A stretch of DNA of 63,126 bases, the filler included, from Octopus bimaculoides (lineage: Eukaryota): the NCBI RefSeq assembly GCF_001194135.2. It is 6 parts of 6 records of this genome, joined end to end, with 100 filler letters (N's around TTAATTAATTAA, not from the genome) between each part and the next. Parts side by side here need not be neighbours in the genome. Positions count along the whole stretch, not along the records: positions 1 to 17,746 come from NC_068981.1; 5 more parts are not named here. The stretch is one strand, 5' to 3'. The notes below the pieces were generated by a model that was not told the DNA's origin, did not search any database, and was given only the letters and a program-made list of their open reading frames with translations. Shown one piece after another: positions 1 to 13,701 of this stretch. Position numbers and translations under genes: made by a program. The first letter of the stretch is position 1. The number at the start of each line of letters is the position of its first letter.

Positions 1-153
1 GTGTGTGTGCGTGTGTATATCTATATATATATATATATAAAACTGTCTATCATATATGTGATTATGAAGCGTATATTTGGTTATATGTCTTTCCCTAAGT
101 ATACATTTTATTCTTGTTCATATGTATGTTTCTGTTTAGATTGATAGATAGAT

Positions 154-184
<31 letters not shown>

Positions 185-190
185 TAGAAA

Positions 191-420
191 GGCGGCGAGC
201 TGGCAGAAACGTTAGCGCGCCGAGTGAAATGCTTAGCGGTATTTCGTCTGCCATTACGTCCTGAGTTCAAATTCCGCTGAGGTCGACTTTGCCTTCCATC
301 CTTTCGAGGTCAACAAATTAAGTACCAGTTACGCACTGGGGTCGATGTAATCGACTTAATCCCTTCGTCTGTCCTTGTTTGTCTCCTCTATGTTTAGCCC
401 CTTGTGGGCTATGCAGAAAT

Positions 421-422
<2 letters not shown>
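191..422 (+). mobile_element. Octopus SINE, family A (ggcggcgagctggcagaa...ctgagttcaaattcc...tttcatcctttcggggtcgat...aagtaccag)
   Basis: Near full-length copy; the same sequence recurs more than 10 times in the window. Confidence 0.85.
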
Positions 423-454
<32 letters not shown>

Positions 455-984
455 TACATACACACACACACACGAATGTATGCTCGAATTATACTTTTGT
501 ACGTCACATTGAATGTTCCATAAACATGTGAGTGTGTACCTCTCTACTGTCGTGCATACATACATACATACATGCATGCATACATACATACATACATACA
601 GACTAAACATGCTTACAATACTATAACTCATAACTGAAAGTATTAAAGTTTTGCTGTACGTAAATCGAAAGAATTAAAGGGGCATTGCGATAGCTGAGCT
701 TCATGCGCTTTCGCACTCACTCGTGAGCTTCCACTGGTAGCTATCTGTATATGTGACATCGTGTCTCAAGAATTCAATGCTTTAAATCTGTTTATAACTA
801 TTTGTTCAGATATGTTGTATACTTCCACTCACAGACACATTCTCACACACACGTAAACACACACACACACACACACACATCATCATCATCATCATCATCA
901 CTAAAGCGTTACGTAATATATTAGATAGGCATATGTACTCTCATAATGTCATATCGTATATTTCAGGAACTAGCCCTTTACATA

Positions 985-1055
<71 letters not shown>

Positions 1056-1413
1056 NNNNNNNNNNNNNNNNNNNNNNNNNNNNNNNNNNNNNNNNNNNNN
1101 NNNNNNNNNNNNNNNNNNNNNNNNNNNNNNNNNNNNNNNNNNNNNNNNNNNNNNNNNNNNNNNNNNNNNNNNNNNNNNNNNNNNNNNNNNNNNNNNNNNN
1201 NNNNNNNNNNNNNNNNNNNNNNNNNNNNNNNNNNNNNNNNNNNNNNNNNNNNNNNNNNNNNNNNNNNNNNNNNNNNNNNNNNNNNNNNNNNNNNNNNNNN
1301 NNNNNNNNNNNNNNNNNNNNNNNNNNNNNNNNNNNNNNNNNNNNNNNNNNNNNNNNNNNNNNNNNNNNNNNNNNNNNNNNNNNNNNNNNNNNNNNNNNNN
1401 NNNNNNNNNNNNN

Positions 1414-1462
<49 letters not shown>

Positions 1463-1538
1463 ATATACACACACACACATATATACATATGTATATTTCT
1501 ACATATATGTATTCATAATTTCAAATTTTTCATTTTAG

Positions 1539-1729
1539 ATAATGGACAGGATTTCTATCCTGGTTATCAAGCCTACAACGAATTCTTTCCCGGTCAAGGA
1601 CAAGAAGGCCCCGGTAACATAAACTTCCTTCCGCCTACGTCACAAGGAACCCCACCGATTAGCCTAGAACAATCTTTACATCCCGGCGGTATGTTCCTTC
1701 ATAATCACTCTTATGCTCCCACGGCCTAA
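1539..1729 (+). CDS. Lhx1/5: Probable C-terminal coding exon of a LIM-homeobox Lhx1/5 (Lim1)-type transcription factor
   Basis: Acceptor ttttag at 1533-1538, phase 1. Reads (D)NGQDFYPGYQAYNEFFPGQGQEGPGNINFLPPTSQGTPPISLEQSLHPGGMFLHNHSYAPTA* (TAA 1727-1729). GC-richer than flanks. YNEFFPGQG and FLPPTSQGTPPISLEQSLHPG resemble the post-homeodomain tail of vertebrate LHX1 as I recall it (NYDFFPQG...[21 protein letters not shown]), which also starts an exon at a phase-1 Asp. An internal donor G|GTATGT at 1688/1689 is possible. LIM and homeodomain exons are not in the window. Confidence 0.6.
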
Positions 1730-2461
1730 CATTGGATCATTCACAGATTTATCATTATTAAACAAACAATAAAATCAAATTTTAAAATAATAAATATAAA
1801 ACATAACACTATTACAAAAAAAGGTTAAAACAAAACAAAACATACAACATTGGTCATAACAGAGCTATATTGATTTCCACCCGAGACGTAGTCTCATGTG
1901 TTGGAAATCAATATAAAAATCAACATAACAACTGCTACATCATCATCAATAACAACAATAATAGAGCAACTAAACACCTGATCGGTCAGTCAATTCATTC
2001 ATTGCTGTATTAATTAATATCTTCATTAAATAAATGTATAAACAAAGACAGCAAACATCACATTATGTAGGAAATCACATATTGGCATGTACACAGGTTT
2101 ATGTAAGCATGTGCGTGTGTCTGTGTGAATGTGAATATATATGTATCTCGAACACACATCCACGTCTATACATATGTGAATACGTATGTATATTTGTACA
2201 TTGAAATATATATGTGTGTGCGTGTATGAGAGAGTGTGTGTGTGTGTGTACAATGCAACTCAAAGTTATACAGTCATATACATTTCTAGTAAGAAAAACT
2301 GACATACACATACATTGAATCATTTCCTGCCCCACATACCCACATAGAGTTATGCATGCATTCTCATCTGCATATTTTTGCATACAATTCACTCGGGTGA
2401 TACTTACATGCACAGTTTTCAAAAGACAACAACAATAATAATAATAATAATAATAATAATC

Positions 2462-2497
<36 letters not shown>

Positions 2498-2646
2498 TGC
2501 GTATACAAAGGCATTTAACACTTGAGTGTACACCAACGTGTTAAATATGTATGTATACGCATATATTTCATTCAACGCTACTTCGTGCAATTCTAGCTAA
2601 ACAACAATAACAATATCAACAACAACAATAACAACAACAATAATAA

Positions 2647-2677
<31 letters not shown>

Positions 2678-2982
2678 GTACAGCCTTTTTAACTTCAACG
2701 TTTTCCAGTTCAAACATTTTTCTTCTCTGTGTTGATTCTTTTTAACATTTTATTTTTCGTTAGTTAAAGTTTAGTAACTTAAATGCATAGATCGTTCGAG
2801 GGTTTGGTTGGGGAGTAATCAGAGTGCAAGTGGGTGTGAGTTCATATTACATGGTCGCTTGTATTTTTAACAGCATCTGAGCACAATCATTCTGACCGTG
2901 TGTATGTATGTGTGTGTCTGCGCGTGCGACAGGAACTGCCCTCTAAAATTCTGGTCCACTGTGCGTGTACAACAGTGTAAAT

Positions 2983-3028
<46 letters not shown>

Positions 3029-3668
3029 TTCAAACACTTAGACATTTTACCTAATATTCAGGTTTAATCAACTTAACAATGGAATATGACAAGGTTGGCT
3101 CACCATACAAAAAACACGCAAAGTCAGTTAACTTCACTTAAGCATTTATTATTTGGTGTCAAAATTTCCGTCGCACCGACATTCATCAGTGACCTCACTG
3201 ACGTCATTCCATTGTACACCCAGCCACACATTCATCCCACCCCGTCATATATATATAGACAGAACTGCTTCACCATCGTATTTATTATAGGGCAAAAGAG
3301 CAGATATCCCAAATATCTTATACTCGTAACTCTCAGGCAAAATGAACATTACACTGTGTGACAAGGCTGGCCCTTTGAATTACACAGAGAAAGCATTCGA
3401 CCTGCTTCGACATAGTCTCATAGAAATGATTCTACCTTCTGAATCTAAATTACGAAGCTTGGTTCGAGTCATATCTACGGCAGATGATTCACTAGAAAAT
3501 GCTGCAGCATCATTTGAACTCTTAACGTCATGATTAGAGAACGAACTTCTTAATCATTTGATCACAAATCACCCTATTTACACACTAAATTGAAAAGAGA
3601 AAATCGCCGAAGTGAAAAAATTCGCATAATAATAGTCCTTCCAATAAGGACTATACTATACTAAATAG

Positions 3669-3855
3669 TATAGGCAGAAGGCCTATACTATTTAGATGGG
3701 AGGGAGATAGTCGATTACATTGAGGTCATTGCGCAACTGGCGCTCATTATATCGACCCCGAGAGGATGAAAGGCTGTATGTGAACTCAGAACGTTAAGAC
3801 CGGCGAAATACTGCGAAGCACTTTGTTAAGCGTGCTAACGATTCTGCCAGCTCGC
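3669..3855 (-). mobile_element. SINE family A
   Basis: Reverse complement similar to 191-422. Confidence 0.8.
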
Positions 3856-5565
3856 AAGAATAGTAATGATGATGATGATAATGATAATAATAATAATAAT
3901 AATGTGTGCGTGTGTGCATACGCGCGTGTGAGTTATGCTGAATAATTTGCTTCCTGCTTGACGAGAAGCATTTAGTTGGCAGTTATTTGACCAAATAAAT
4001 ACTTGGTCATGGAATTAACGTCGAAGCGAGAGAATTGTTCACAGGTACCTGTAGCCTTAGTGTGAGTCTTAGGCCGTGAAAAGATCGAACCTTCGAATTA
4101 CTAATACAACCCAGAGAGAGAGAGAGGTGAGGGAGGAGGGGATGAGGAGAGGGGAAGAAGTGGAGAGAGGGAAGAGAGGGAGAGAAAGGGAGAGAATGTG
4201 CGTGAGTGTGTTTGTGTATATATATATGTTGATAATACAACTATGAAAATCATAATATTGAGTATTTGTAAGCTCTTCACATTTACATTAAGGTTAAGAA
4301 TTTCCACACAGTATGAAGTTATGGAAATAGGGGGGAAAATGAACTATTTTGATTGCTAAATATTTGAACGCAACAAAGTTTGGTGAAGCGTTAACTTTTC
4401 AGTAATCTAAGCTTCAACACTTGTTCACAATGAAAGCCATCCAAAAGTAAAGTAGGAAAAATGTCAACAACTTAAAAATTACTTCTTACAAAATGGATGG
4501 GCCTTTACATCTTTGGAGATATTCTTACATTTCTAATTTTATTTTAGAAATTTATTTACAAAACATATTTGAAATTAAGCCTTTTCCACCAAAATCAAGA
4601 CAAGTGAGAGGCTAGTAAGTTAGACTGTCAGATAACAGAGCATAATAAAACTACAGACACACACACTTATAAACAGACATCTATTAGTTTTAAGGATGAC
4701 AGAAAAAGTACTCAATACCATAGTAGAGTATAATAGTCTATCTAACTAGTAGCCTTTTACTGAGTAGTTTCCCTTGACAGGTAATTGATTCCTCTAAGAG
4801 GAACCGAGCGCACAGGGAAATTAGCTATGGGGCAGCCGAAATAAACCATTATATATATATATATNNNNNNNNNNNNNNNNNNNNNNNNNNNNNNNNNNNN
4901 NNNNNNNNNNNNNNNNNNNNNNNNNNNNNNNNNNNNNNNNNNNNNNNNNNNNNNNNNNNNNNNNNNNNNNNNNNNNNNNNNNNNNNNNNNNNNNNNNNNN
5001 NNNNNNNNNNNNNNNNNNNNNNNNNNNNNNNNNNNNNNNNNNNNNNNNNNNNNNNNNNNNNNNNNNNNNNNNNNNNNNNNNNNNNNNNNNNNNNNNNNNN
5101 NNNNNNNNNNNNNNNNNNNNNNNNNNNNNNNNNNNNNNNNNNNNNNNNNNNNNNNNNNNNNNNNNNNNNNNNNNNNNNNNNNNNNNNNNNNNNNNNNNNN
5201 NNNNNNNNNNNNNNNNNNNNNNNNNNNNNNNNNNNNNNNNNNNNNNNNNNNNNNNNNNNNNNNNNNNNNNNNNNNNNNNNNNNNNNNNNNNNNNNNNNNN
5301 NNNNNNNNNNNNNNNNNNNNNNNNNNNNNNNNNNNNNNNNNNNNNNNNNNNNNNNNNNNNNNNNNNNNNNNNNNNNNNNNNNNNNNNNNNNNNNNNNNNN
5401 NNNNNNNNNNNNNNNNNNNNNNNNNNNNNNNNNNNNNNNNNNNNNNNNNNNNNNNNNNNNNNNNNNNNNNNNNNNNNNNNNNNNNNNNNNNNNNNNNNNN
5501 NNNNNNNNNNNNNNNNNNNNNNNNNNNNNNNNNNNNNNNNNNNNNNNNNNNNNNNNNNNNNNNNN

Positions 5566-5613
<48 letters not shown>

Positions 5614-5879
5614 GTAATACGTGTTTAAAGTTATGTTGTGATATGATTTTCTGCACCTCCAAATATTGATACATAAATTCCAGTAGATGTCTTTTGTTTT
5701 TGTTTATTGTGTTTGCGCGTGTATACATGTCTTCATGTATAAAGCATAACTGTATTCCTTATCGGTAAATATTCATATATATACTTGATGTATTCTATAA
5801 GCGGAAAGTCAAAAATGGGTGATAGAAAAGCAGGTGAAAGGGAGAAAGAAGGAGTGACAATTGTTCAGCTACACGTTCA

Positions 5880-6330
5880 TAGGTATACATTAATCCTTGT
5901 ACGTTTCACCATGTAGACGATTATAGGGGCCATGAGCTGTTTGTAAACGTCTGGTTGGTACCTGACTTCAAATATATTTGTGCTGATGAAGAGGCCAAAA
6001 TCATCGTGGGGCAAGAGTACTTGTTTTTGTATTTCAACGTCTACACAGTATGCTCCGTCACCTTGGTTTTGGCTTCGAGTTCTCTTAGATTTATGAATAC
6101 AATAAAGTGCCCAAGCTATCCCCTCTGTTTTGGAAAACACCAGACATTCCGGTTAAAACCATCGTGATATAACGCGTGGGTGCCAGTACACAACCATGTT
6201 TAACACCGTTTGTGAATTAGAAAACTGGTGTCGATTCTCCATCATCAAGTACTCTGGAGAACTATCCCTCATTGAATTACCATACTGAAAGGAATATATT
6301 GACAAGTCATTCTTCTTTCACCATGACTTT
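5880..6330 (-). mobile_element. RTE-type LINE reverse transcriptase fragment, degenerate
   Basis: Minus strand FTNGVKHGCVLAPT (6172-6216; cf. GVKQGCVLAP), followed by remnants like LRAKTKV and FGLFIST. Confidence 0.75.
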
Positions 6331-6664
6331 CTAGAACCATTCAAAGTGTCACAGGGTTAAGGTTGACTGATAAATACTTAGGGATCACGGTACTACGCAT
6401 GACCTAATAATTATGTTGATTGTACAGTTATCCTCTTTACACGGTATTGTTTCTTAGATAACTTACTGTGTTTAAAGTGGAAAATTCGTCTGGCTCAGTA
6501 TTACTAGAGTAGTTTGTTGTCACACATACACATATGCAATGTTATTAAAAACTCAAACACCACCAGCAATTACTCTGAGTATCTCGATTACTATCATCAG
6601 ACAATTATGGAAAAAGGAATTCGAGAAAAGTGTGTTTATATATGTATATGTGTGTGTCTGTTTT

Positions 6665-6702
<38 letters not shown>

Positions 6703-6908
6703 NNNNNNNNNNNNNNNNNNNNNNNNNNNNNNNNGAGAATATAAAATATGATTCGATAAGATAAAAACACAAAAGTTGGAACGAATGGATCTTATTGATT
6801 GATCATATTGATATTGGAAACAGTAACCAAAATAAAAATATGTAAAACTGAAGGGAGTTATATGCATGGATGTTGGTATATATTTATAAAAGAAGGGAAA
6901 CAAGAACT

Positions 6909-6969
<61 letters not shown>

Positions 6970-7049
6970 GGCCTGAGAAGCTGAGAAGGAAGGGAAACTA
7001 AGAAAAAGAACGAAAGAGACGGAATCGGACCGGTATAAAGAACAAATAA

Positions 7050-8720
7050 ATCTTAATAGAGAATAATAGAAAATAAGAAACTCAATAGGGGAGTTGAGGA
7101 AATGACGAAAACATAGAAATATATAAATATAAAAATTTGGAAAAAGACGAGTAAAATTCTAAAAGACAGAAAAAATAGGTTTAGATTAAATTTATAATCA
7201 TAAGATTAGTAGACGCAAATTAAAAATATATCTGAGAGAAATTTTACCAATAGAAATAGAAATAATATACAAACCTCCACCAAAAGCTTGAGTGCTGAAT
7301 GGCAATAAATATATAAGGGTGTAACGTGCAGAGAGAAAGATAAAAATTTAAAAATTCTTCCGCATATTGAGGCTACAGCAGTTCAAAATGGCAGCATAAC
7401 ATTTTAATATACTAGAACTCCAAAGATATTAACAATCAGAAAATATAAAGGTAACACGTCAATGATTCAGAAGTATGCCTTCAATAATTTTGAGATTCAT
7501 ATTTTTCAATTATTTTGAGTGAGTCTCGAATTTGTTGGTTAAAAATATCTATGATTAAAAATACTAAATACGATCGAAAATTAAATGAATATGTTATTAC
7601 GATCTACCCTTCTGTAGGGTACCCCAATAAATGAAGCCAGTCAGCATTCCTCCAAGAACTGAATGAACTTGAATAGCTTTACCAAGAACTTTTCTGGGTG
7701 TTGAGATGTATGAGCGTGTTGCCTAAAATGTACCTTCAGTTAAATATCCTTTAACACTACACAATAAGCCAATTCTTCCACAATGCAATCATGACTAAGA
7801 AAAACGTTGCTAGGATCGATGAAATTACAGGTAAGAAGAGAAGTAATATCAATAGCACTGGAAAATCTGTTTGAATTATAATGCTTAATACAAACGAGAA
7901 AGCCTTAGTTTCGGGTAACACGAATACGCCATTCATTAGACGGATTTATAACAGGCCTCTTAAAATTGCTTACTGAAATAAGTTTAAGAACAGTCGACGA
8001 TAACCTTATGCAGCTAATTCTTTGGATACCTATTTAAACTTAGATACTAATAAATTTTTCTTTACTAAAAACCCCACGGGAAACTATTACTTTTTTTATA
8101 AAAGTACAAATTATCCGACTAATATTCTATGAATCTCAATTCCGAATATAAGTTTCCATATATAAAATAAGTGTATCGCGTTATTGTCCTCGTTAATATA
8201 ACGAGGCCCCGAGCAATATATATATATTATATATACTACCAGTCCGAACACACTGACGCGTAAGAATATATTTAGAAACATTCTGTGGTTTGATCCAAGC
8301 CGCAGTTTTAAAGTAAGAGCAAAATATTCAGAGAATTCTTTAATTTTTTTTCAATTATCAATGAATCATTGCAAATATAAAAATTTTGACAGAAGCTTAA
8401 TTAATGTTAGATAGTCATGCTGTAAGAATTTCAATAGGTTTTTTTGACCATTCTAATTTTGGAAACTCTACAAAAGTAACAATATTACCTCACCTTCATA
8501 TTATAATATTTGCATTGATCTTATTAATTGTCCACGAAAATACCAAGAAAAATGGCCCTTAGCAGGTTTAGTCAAGTTCGTATACCTTTTGGACAAATCC
8601 AATGCAGATGACTTCAAAATATATTAGAATATCTTAGAACAGTCTAATTTGTATCAGTGCTAATATTTCGTTCGAGGGTATGTGTGGTGTAATGTAGGTA
8701 TAATCGAAACGATTTTTCTT
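7050..8720 (+). mobile_element. Penelope-like retroelement, highly degenerate
   Basis: Remnant motifs YPSV (about 7605; cf. FYPSI) and RNILWFDPSRSFKV (8271-8320; cf. RNIIWFNPPYSKNV), in order within very AT-rich sequence with many stops. Confidence 0.55.
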
Positions 8721-9530
8721 TTAGTTTCAACGCAATAAATGCATGAATGACTTGTGTTTCTAAATTCCTGTATAGAAGCATCTAAATATTTGCTTATGGC
8801 ATTCTGTCTTCTATCAATTATTTTCTTTACTCCCTTTTTGGGCTGCTGCGCTACCATTTTTCACATAACCCTTCCACCCTCTCTATGTATCAACGATTAA
8901 AAAATTATCAACTTTGCGTCTGTAAGTTATCACTCCTTCACTCTTCACTGTTTGCAGTATACATTTCTCGCCAAAGATATACCTTCCTGTCACACAAACT
9001 AATCAACTTTTCAAATACCATCGGAAATCAGGCTTCATTTATATTTCTCTGTCTAGTTTGTCCATGGATGTTTCCTGACTTTCATATATATCTATATATC
9101 TTATATTACCTTCCCGAGTTGCTTATAATTAGCAGTGGGTATCTTCATAAGAATATACATGCATATATATTCGATGAAAACAAATATAATATCTAGTGGA
9201 TGAAAGTGTGAATACACGGATTAGGAGACAAAGCACTTTCATATCACATACTCTGGTCTTAGAAAAAAGTGAAAGGACACATTAAATAATGTACTTCTAG
9301 ATTAATTAGGCACGAAAAAGTAAATGTAGCACGAATAAAATAAGAAATGCATTGATAGGGTACTAAAGAACAGTCCACAATTTATATATATATCACTTTT
9401 ATATATAATGTTATGCTGTTGCCTAACAAAATCATTGAAAGATACTGTACAACTTAAAGTAGCGTTTAAATGATATTTTTAGCCAACAGGACACAACATT
9501 ATCTTTCATATAAAGGAATATTTCTATCTC

Positions 9531-9593
<63 letters not shown>

Positions 9594-9618
9594 GTCTGTC
9601 TGTCTGTCTGTCTGTCTG

Positions 9619-9656
<38 letters not shown>

Positions 9657-9994
9657 ATCTGTCTCTCTCTNNNNNNNNNNNNNNNNNNNNNNNNNNNNNN
9701 NNNNNNNNNNNNNNNNNNNNNNNNNNNNNNNNNNNNNNNNNNNNNNNNNNNNNNNNNNNNNNNNNNNNNNNNNNNNNNNNNNNNNNNNNNNNNNNNNNNN
9801 NNNNNNNNNNNNNNNNNNNNNNNNNNNNNNNNNNNNNNNNNNNNNNNNNNNNNNNNNNNNNNNNNNNNNNNNNNNNNNNNNNNNNNNNNNNNNNNNNNNN
9901 NNNNNNNNNNNNNNNNNNNNNNNNNNNNNNNNNNNNNNNNNNNNNNNNNNNNNNNNNNNNNNNNNNNNNNNNNNNNNNNNNNNNNNNNNNNNNN

Positions 9995-10054
<60 letters not shown>

Positions 10055-10535
10055 GATGTATTTATGTATGTATATGTGCGTATGCATGTGTGCATCTTTG
10101 AACACACTAGTAGATATATATATAAATCAATTACACGAGTGAAATTAAAAAGTATTTTGAATGTGCGGCACACTACGTATTTTGTAGGGTCTTGATGGAG
10201 AAGCAGTAGATGATGATATTAAAATATTTTCTCAATGACCAGAAGAGCTAATCAGATATATAAATCATGTTTTCATTATGATTATTGATTATTGAATAAA
10301 GAAATTAAAATTTTAATGAAAAGTTATTGGTTATTGGTAAAAGCTTTAAATTATATTTCCGGAGAATCTTTCGACAAATTCACACGTTCACTTATATTCA
10401 CATATATAAGAACCGGATTTCTATAGATATATGAATAATTGAAATTGCTTATTGCATGTACGTAGCAATAGTATATGGTTACATCACTATCACCACTATC
10501 ACTCAGCAGACATACACACTCATGAACTGTATGCA

Positions 10536-10567
<32 letters not shown>

Positions 10568-11179
10568 TGATAGAATTTAGTTTCACTTCAAGTGTGTTTT
10601 AAGAAAGACATATACATATGTAAGTGCACACGTATATGTAATTTCGCAGTAATTTATACACGCATACAGAAATATGTCAACGTACATATACACACAAACA
10701 TACATATAAATCTTTATATGCATACATGCGTGTGATTGTGCACTTGTAAATGCGTGAAGTGTGCATACCTATGCAGAATGAATCAAAACTATAATTCTGT
10801 ATACTATAACAATATATATATATATATATATATATATCGAAATATGAGAGATTGTCTATAAGATATTTTAGTAACACAATCTTACGTACGTTTCATTAAT
10901 ATAAGGTGAGTATTAGTTACCTAATGCAAAGTAATAAAGACTAATTGTCAAATCGCCAGAAACGTAAATGTTATACAAAATTTTATCGGGTAGAAAATGA
11001 TATTCACAGAATCAACCACAAAGTTAATAAAATATTCGTAATATGGTATTATTAGCTAATTTATAAAGAACTCCTGATATCTTTTATAAATTTATACCAT
11101 GCAAATTAGCTGCTCCAGTTTGTTTTCTGCTGCAAGATGAGTTGATTTTTGTATAAACAGATTGGCTACTTATTTCTGT

Positions 11180-11785
11180 AGGAGTGATCAAGTAGATGAG
11201 ACACCTTTGATGAGGTCTCAATATAGGTTGAAAAAATCAATTAAGGCCGTTTACAATTTTTTTCAATCTACAGAGGAAGCGCTAAACGTCACCTGTCTGT
11301 ATATCTGCTGCGTAGGTTTACATCTATTTGTATTAGCCACTGGGAAAGGCTGAAATAATAAAAACTCTACTCCGTAGAACGAAGGCTGGAAAGATATGCA
11401 GTGATAAACATCTGTAAAATTGTGGAGAGAATTGTACCAAACTTTAGCATTGAAAGTTACACAAACAGCGGAACGGGGCGCCACTTCATAGTGCCAAAGA
11501 TCCTATCATCGTCATCAAAATACAGAGTAGACCAGATGCTGCAACAACTGGGATTTTTCAGGAGCCCACAGCACTTCAACATCATTCCGAAATTCCTAAG
11601 AGACCTGCATGGTGTGAATGTAGTTGTTTATGAAACAAAACTGGATATCCTTCTGTCAAGGGTTCCAGATGAGCCTACCTCACGGCAAAAACACAGACGA
11701 AGGCACGTGGGCAACAGCATCAAACTCCTTCATTTACCAAGTGCCACATATCAGAGCCGGTTTCAAATAATGAGGGTGTAGCACA
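11180..11785 (+). mobile_element. LINE (CR1/L2-group-like) 3' fragment, degenerate
   Basis: CKIVERIVPNFSIESYTNSGTGRHFIVPKI..FRSPQHFNIIPKFLRDLHGVNVVVYETKLDILLSRVPDEPT is typical of the post-RT C-terminus of invertebrate CR1-like LINEs. Stops upstream. Confidence 0.75.
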
Positions 11786-11872
11786 GCCAACGGTGTTAAC
11801 CCAGCCTGACTGCAGTTTCAAAGCTGAAACAAGTTAACAACTTATATATGTGTATATATATATATATATGTG

Positions 11873-11951
<79 letters not shown>

Positions 11952-13144
11952 ATATATANNNNNNNNNNNNNNNNNNNNNNNNNNNNNNNNNNNNNNNNNN
12001 NNNNNNNNNNNNNNNNNNNNNNNNNNNNNNNNNNNNNNNNNNNNNNNNNNNNNNNNNNNNNNNNNNNNNNNNNNNNNNNNNNNNNNNNNNNNNNNNNNNN
12101 NNNNNNNNNNNNNNNNNNNNNNNNNNNNNNTATCATCTTTTCTCCCACACACTCGTTGTCATTATAATTTCTTTCTCTTTACAAACTTTTGTTTCTTTCC
12201 TACCCTCGCTTTCTTTCCTTCCTTCGTTTAGTTCTCAACTCTTTTTCAAAAACCTCTGATTGTGAGACTATAAATATATTTTAAGCAATCAACCATCAAA
12301 TGCAGGTGCTCGCTTATAAGAAACTAAAATAATGCCCCACTTCCTTTATTTATAGTTGTTTGCATTTTTCGTCCTTTGTTGTAACCGTTGTTGTTGTTGC
12401 TGTTGTTGAACAAAGTGAGTTTCTTAGGTTAAATGAAGAACACGTACGCATATGGACACACACATACACACTTAATCTCTCTATATAAAATTCTTTGTTT
12501 GCTTGCCTGTTCCCTATGCATTCTCAAACGGCTCGACCAAATCAAATCAAATTTTACAAGGTAATAATATTAAACCCTGCGAGTGTTAGTCAACATGTAA
12601 TTGTTTTTCCATTTGCATTAAAACAATATAACATTTGTTATACTCTTTCCATACTCAACTATAGTACAAGACATTTTATACGACGCCGATGACGTCACAT
12701 TTTGTATATAAGTGTATAGGTGTCTGTGACTCTATGTACGTAAGTGTATGAGTGTGTATGTGATTGTGACTCTTTGTGCGTGAGTGTATGAGTGTGTATG
12801 TGCCTGTGAGTGTGTGTCTTTCCGCGTTAGGTACATTATCAAACATCCACACGCATCCACACACACATATACGTATGTGACGACTGACATGCGTGAATGT
12901 ATGTCTGTATGTCTGTCTTAGTATATGTATGTGACTGTATGTGAGAGTGCATGTGTGTGTACATGTGATAATTATTATTTTCACTTGGATTAAAAAACAC
13001 ATCTACACATACATATACATATGTAATGACTGACAAAACAAATGAAGTGAAAAGCTATGTATGTCTATGTATTGGTCTTCCTATATGTATGTGATTGGCG
13101 TCAGACTTTGTATATCAGTGTGTGTGTTTTCAAGTTTATATCGT

Positions 13145-13701
13145 TTAGGAATCTTGACCCACCTCACCTGTGTAATGGAACTTGCTTAATTGTTACTTCC
13201 ATGAAGCCTCATGTCCTACAGGCAACAGTCATAACAGGTAGTCACAAAGGAGAAAATGTTTTTGTTCCAATAATTTCTCTCATACCTACAGATATTCCAT
13301 TTGAATTTAAGAGGCTTCACTTTACAGTCAAACTAAGTTTAGCTATTTCAATCAACAAATCTCAGGAGTAATCCCCCAGGGTAGTTGGACTTGATCTCTT
13401 TACTACATGCTTTTCCCAAGGCCAACTCTAATGTTACTTGCTTACTAGCTGGAAGTAGCAACAATTTATTCATTTGGACAACAACAACAAATTACACAAT
13501 ATATATTGTTTACTGTGAGGTGCTTCCAGGTTGACAGATTTTTAGTCAGTTCTAAATTCTGTTAACATTACAATTTGTATTTTTATGAAAAATTATAAAT
13601 ATTTTAAAATAATTGAGAAAAAAGATATATCTTCATACTTATTGTTTACTAATCTGAATAAGATAAGCAGCGACCCGGGCAACACGGGTTATTCAGCTAA
13701 T
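13145..13701 (+). mobile_element. Helitron 3' fragment (PIF1-like helicase C-terminus plus 3' terminus), degenerate
   Basis: RNLDPPHLCNGTCLIVTSMKPHVLQATVITGSHKGENVFVPIISLIPTDIPFEFKRLHFTVKLSLAISINKSQ, then *SPRVVGLDL..CFSQGQL*, matching Helitron helicase motifs (LCNGTRL, PFEFKRLQFPV, TINKSQGQ, FSHGQLY). Subterminal hairpin cccgggcaacacggg (13674-13688) and CTAA|T end (CTRR consensus). Confidence 0.9.
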
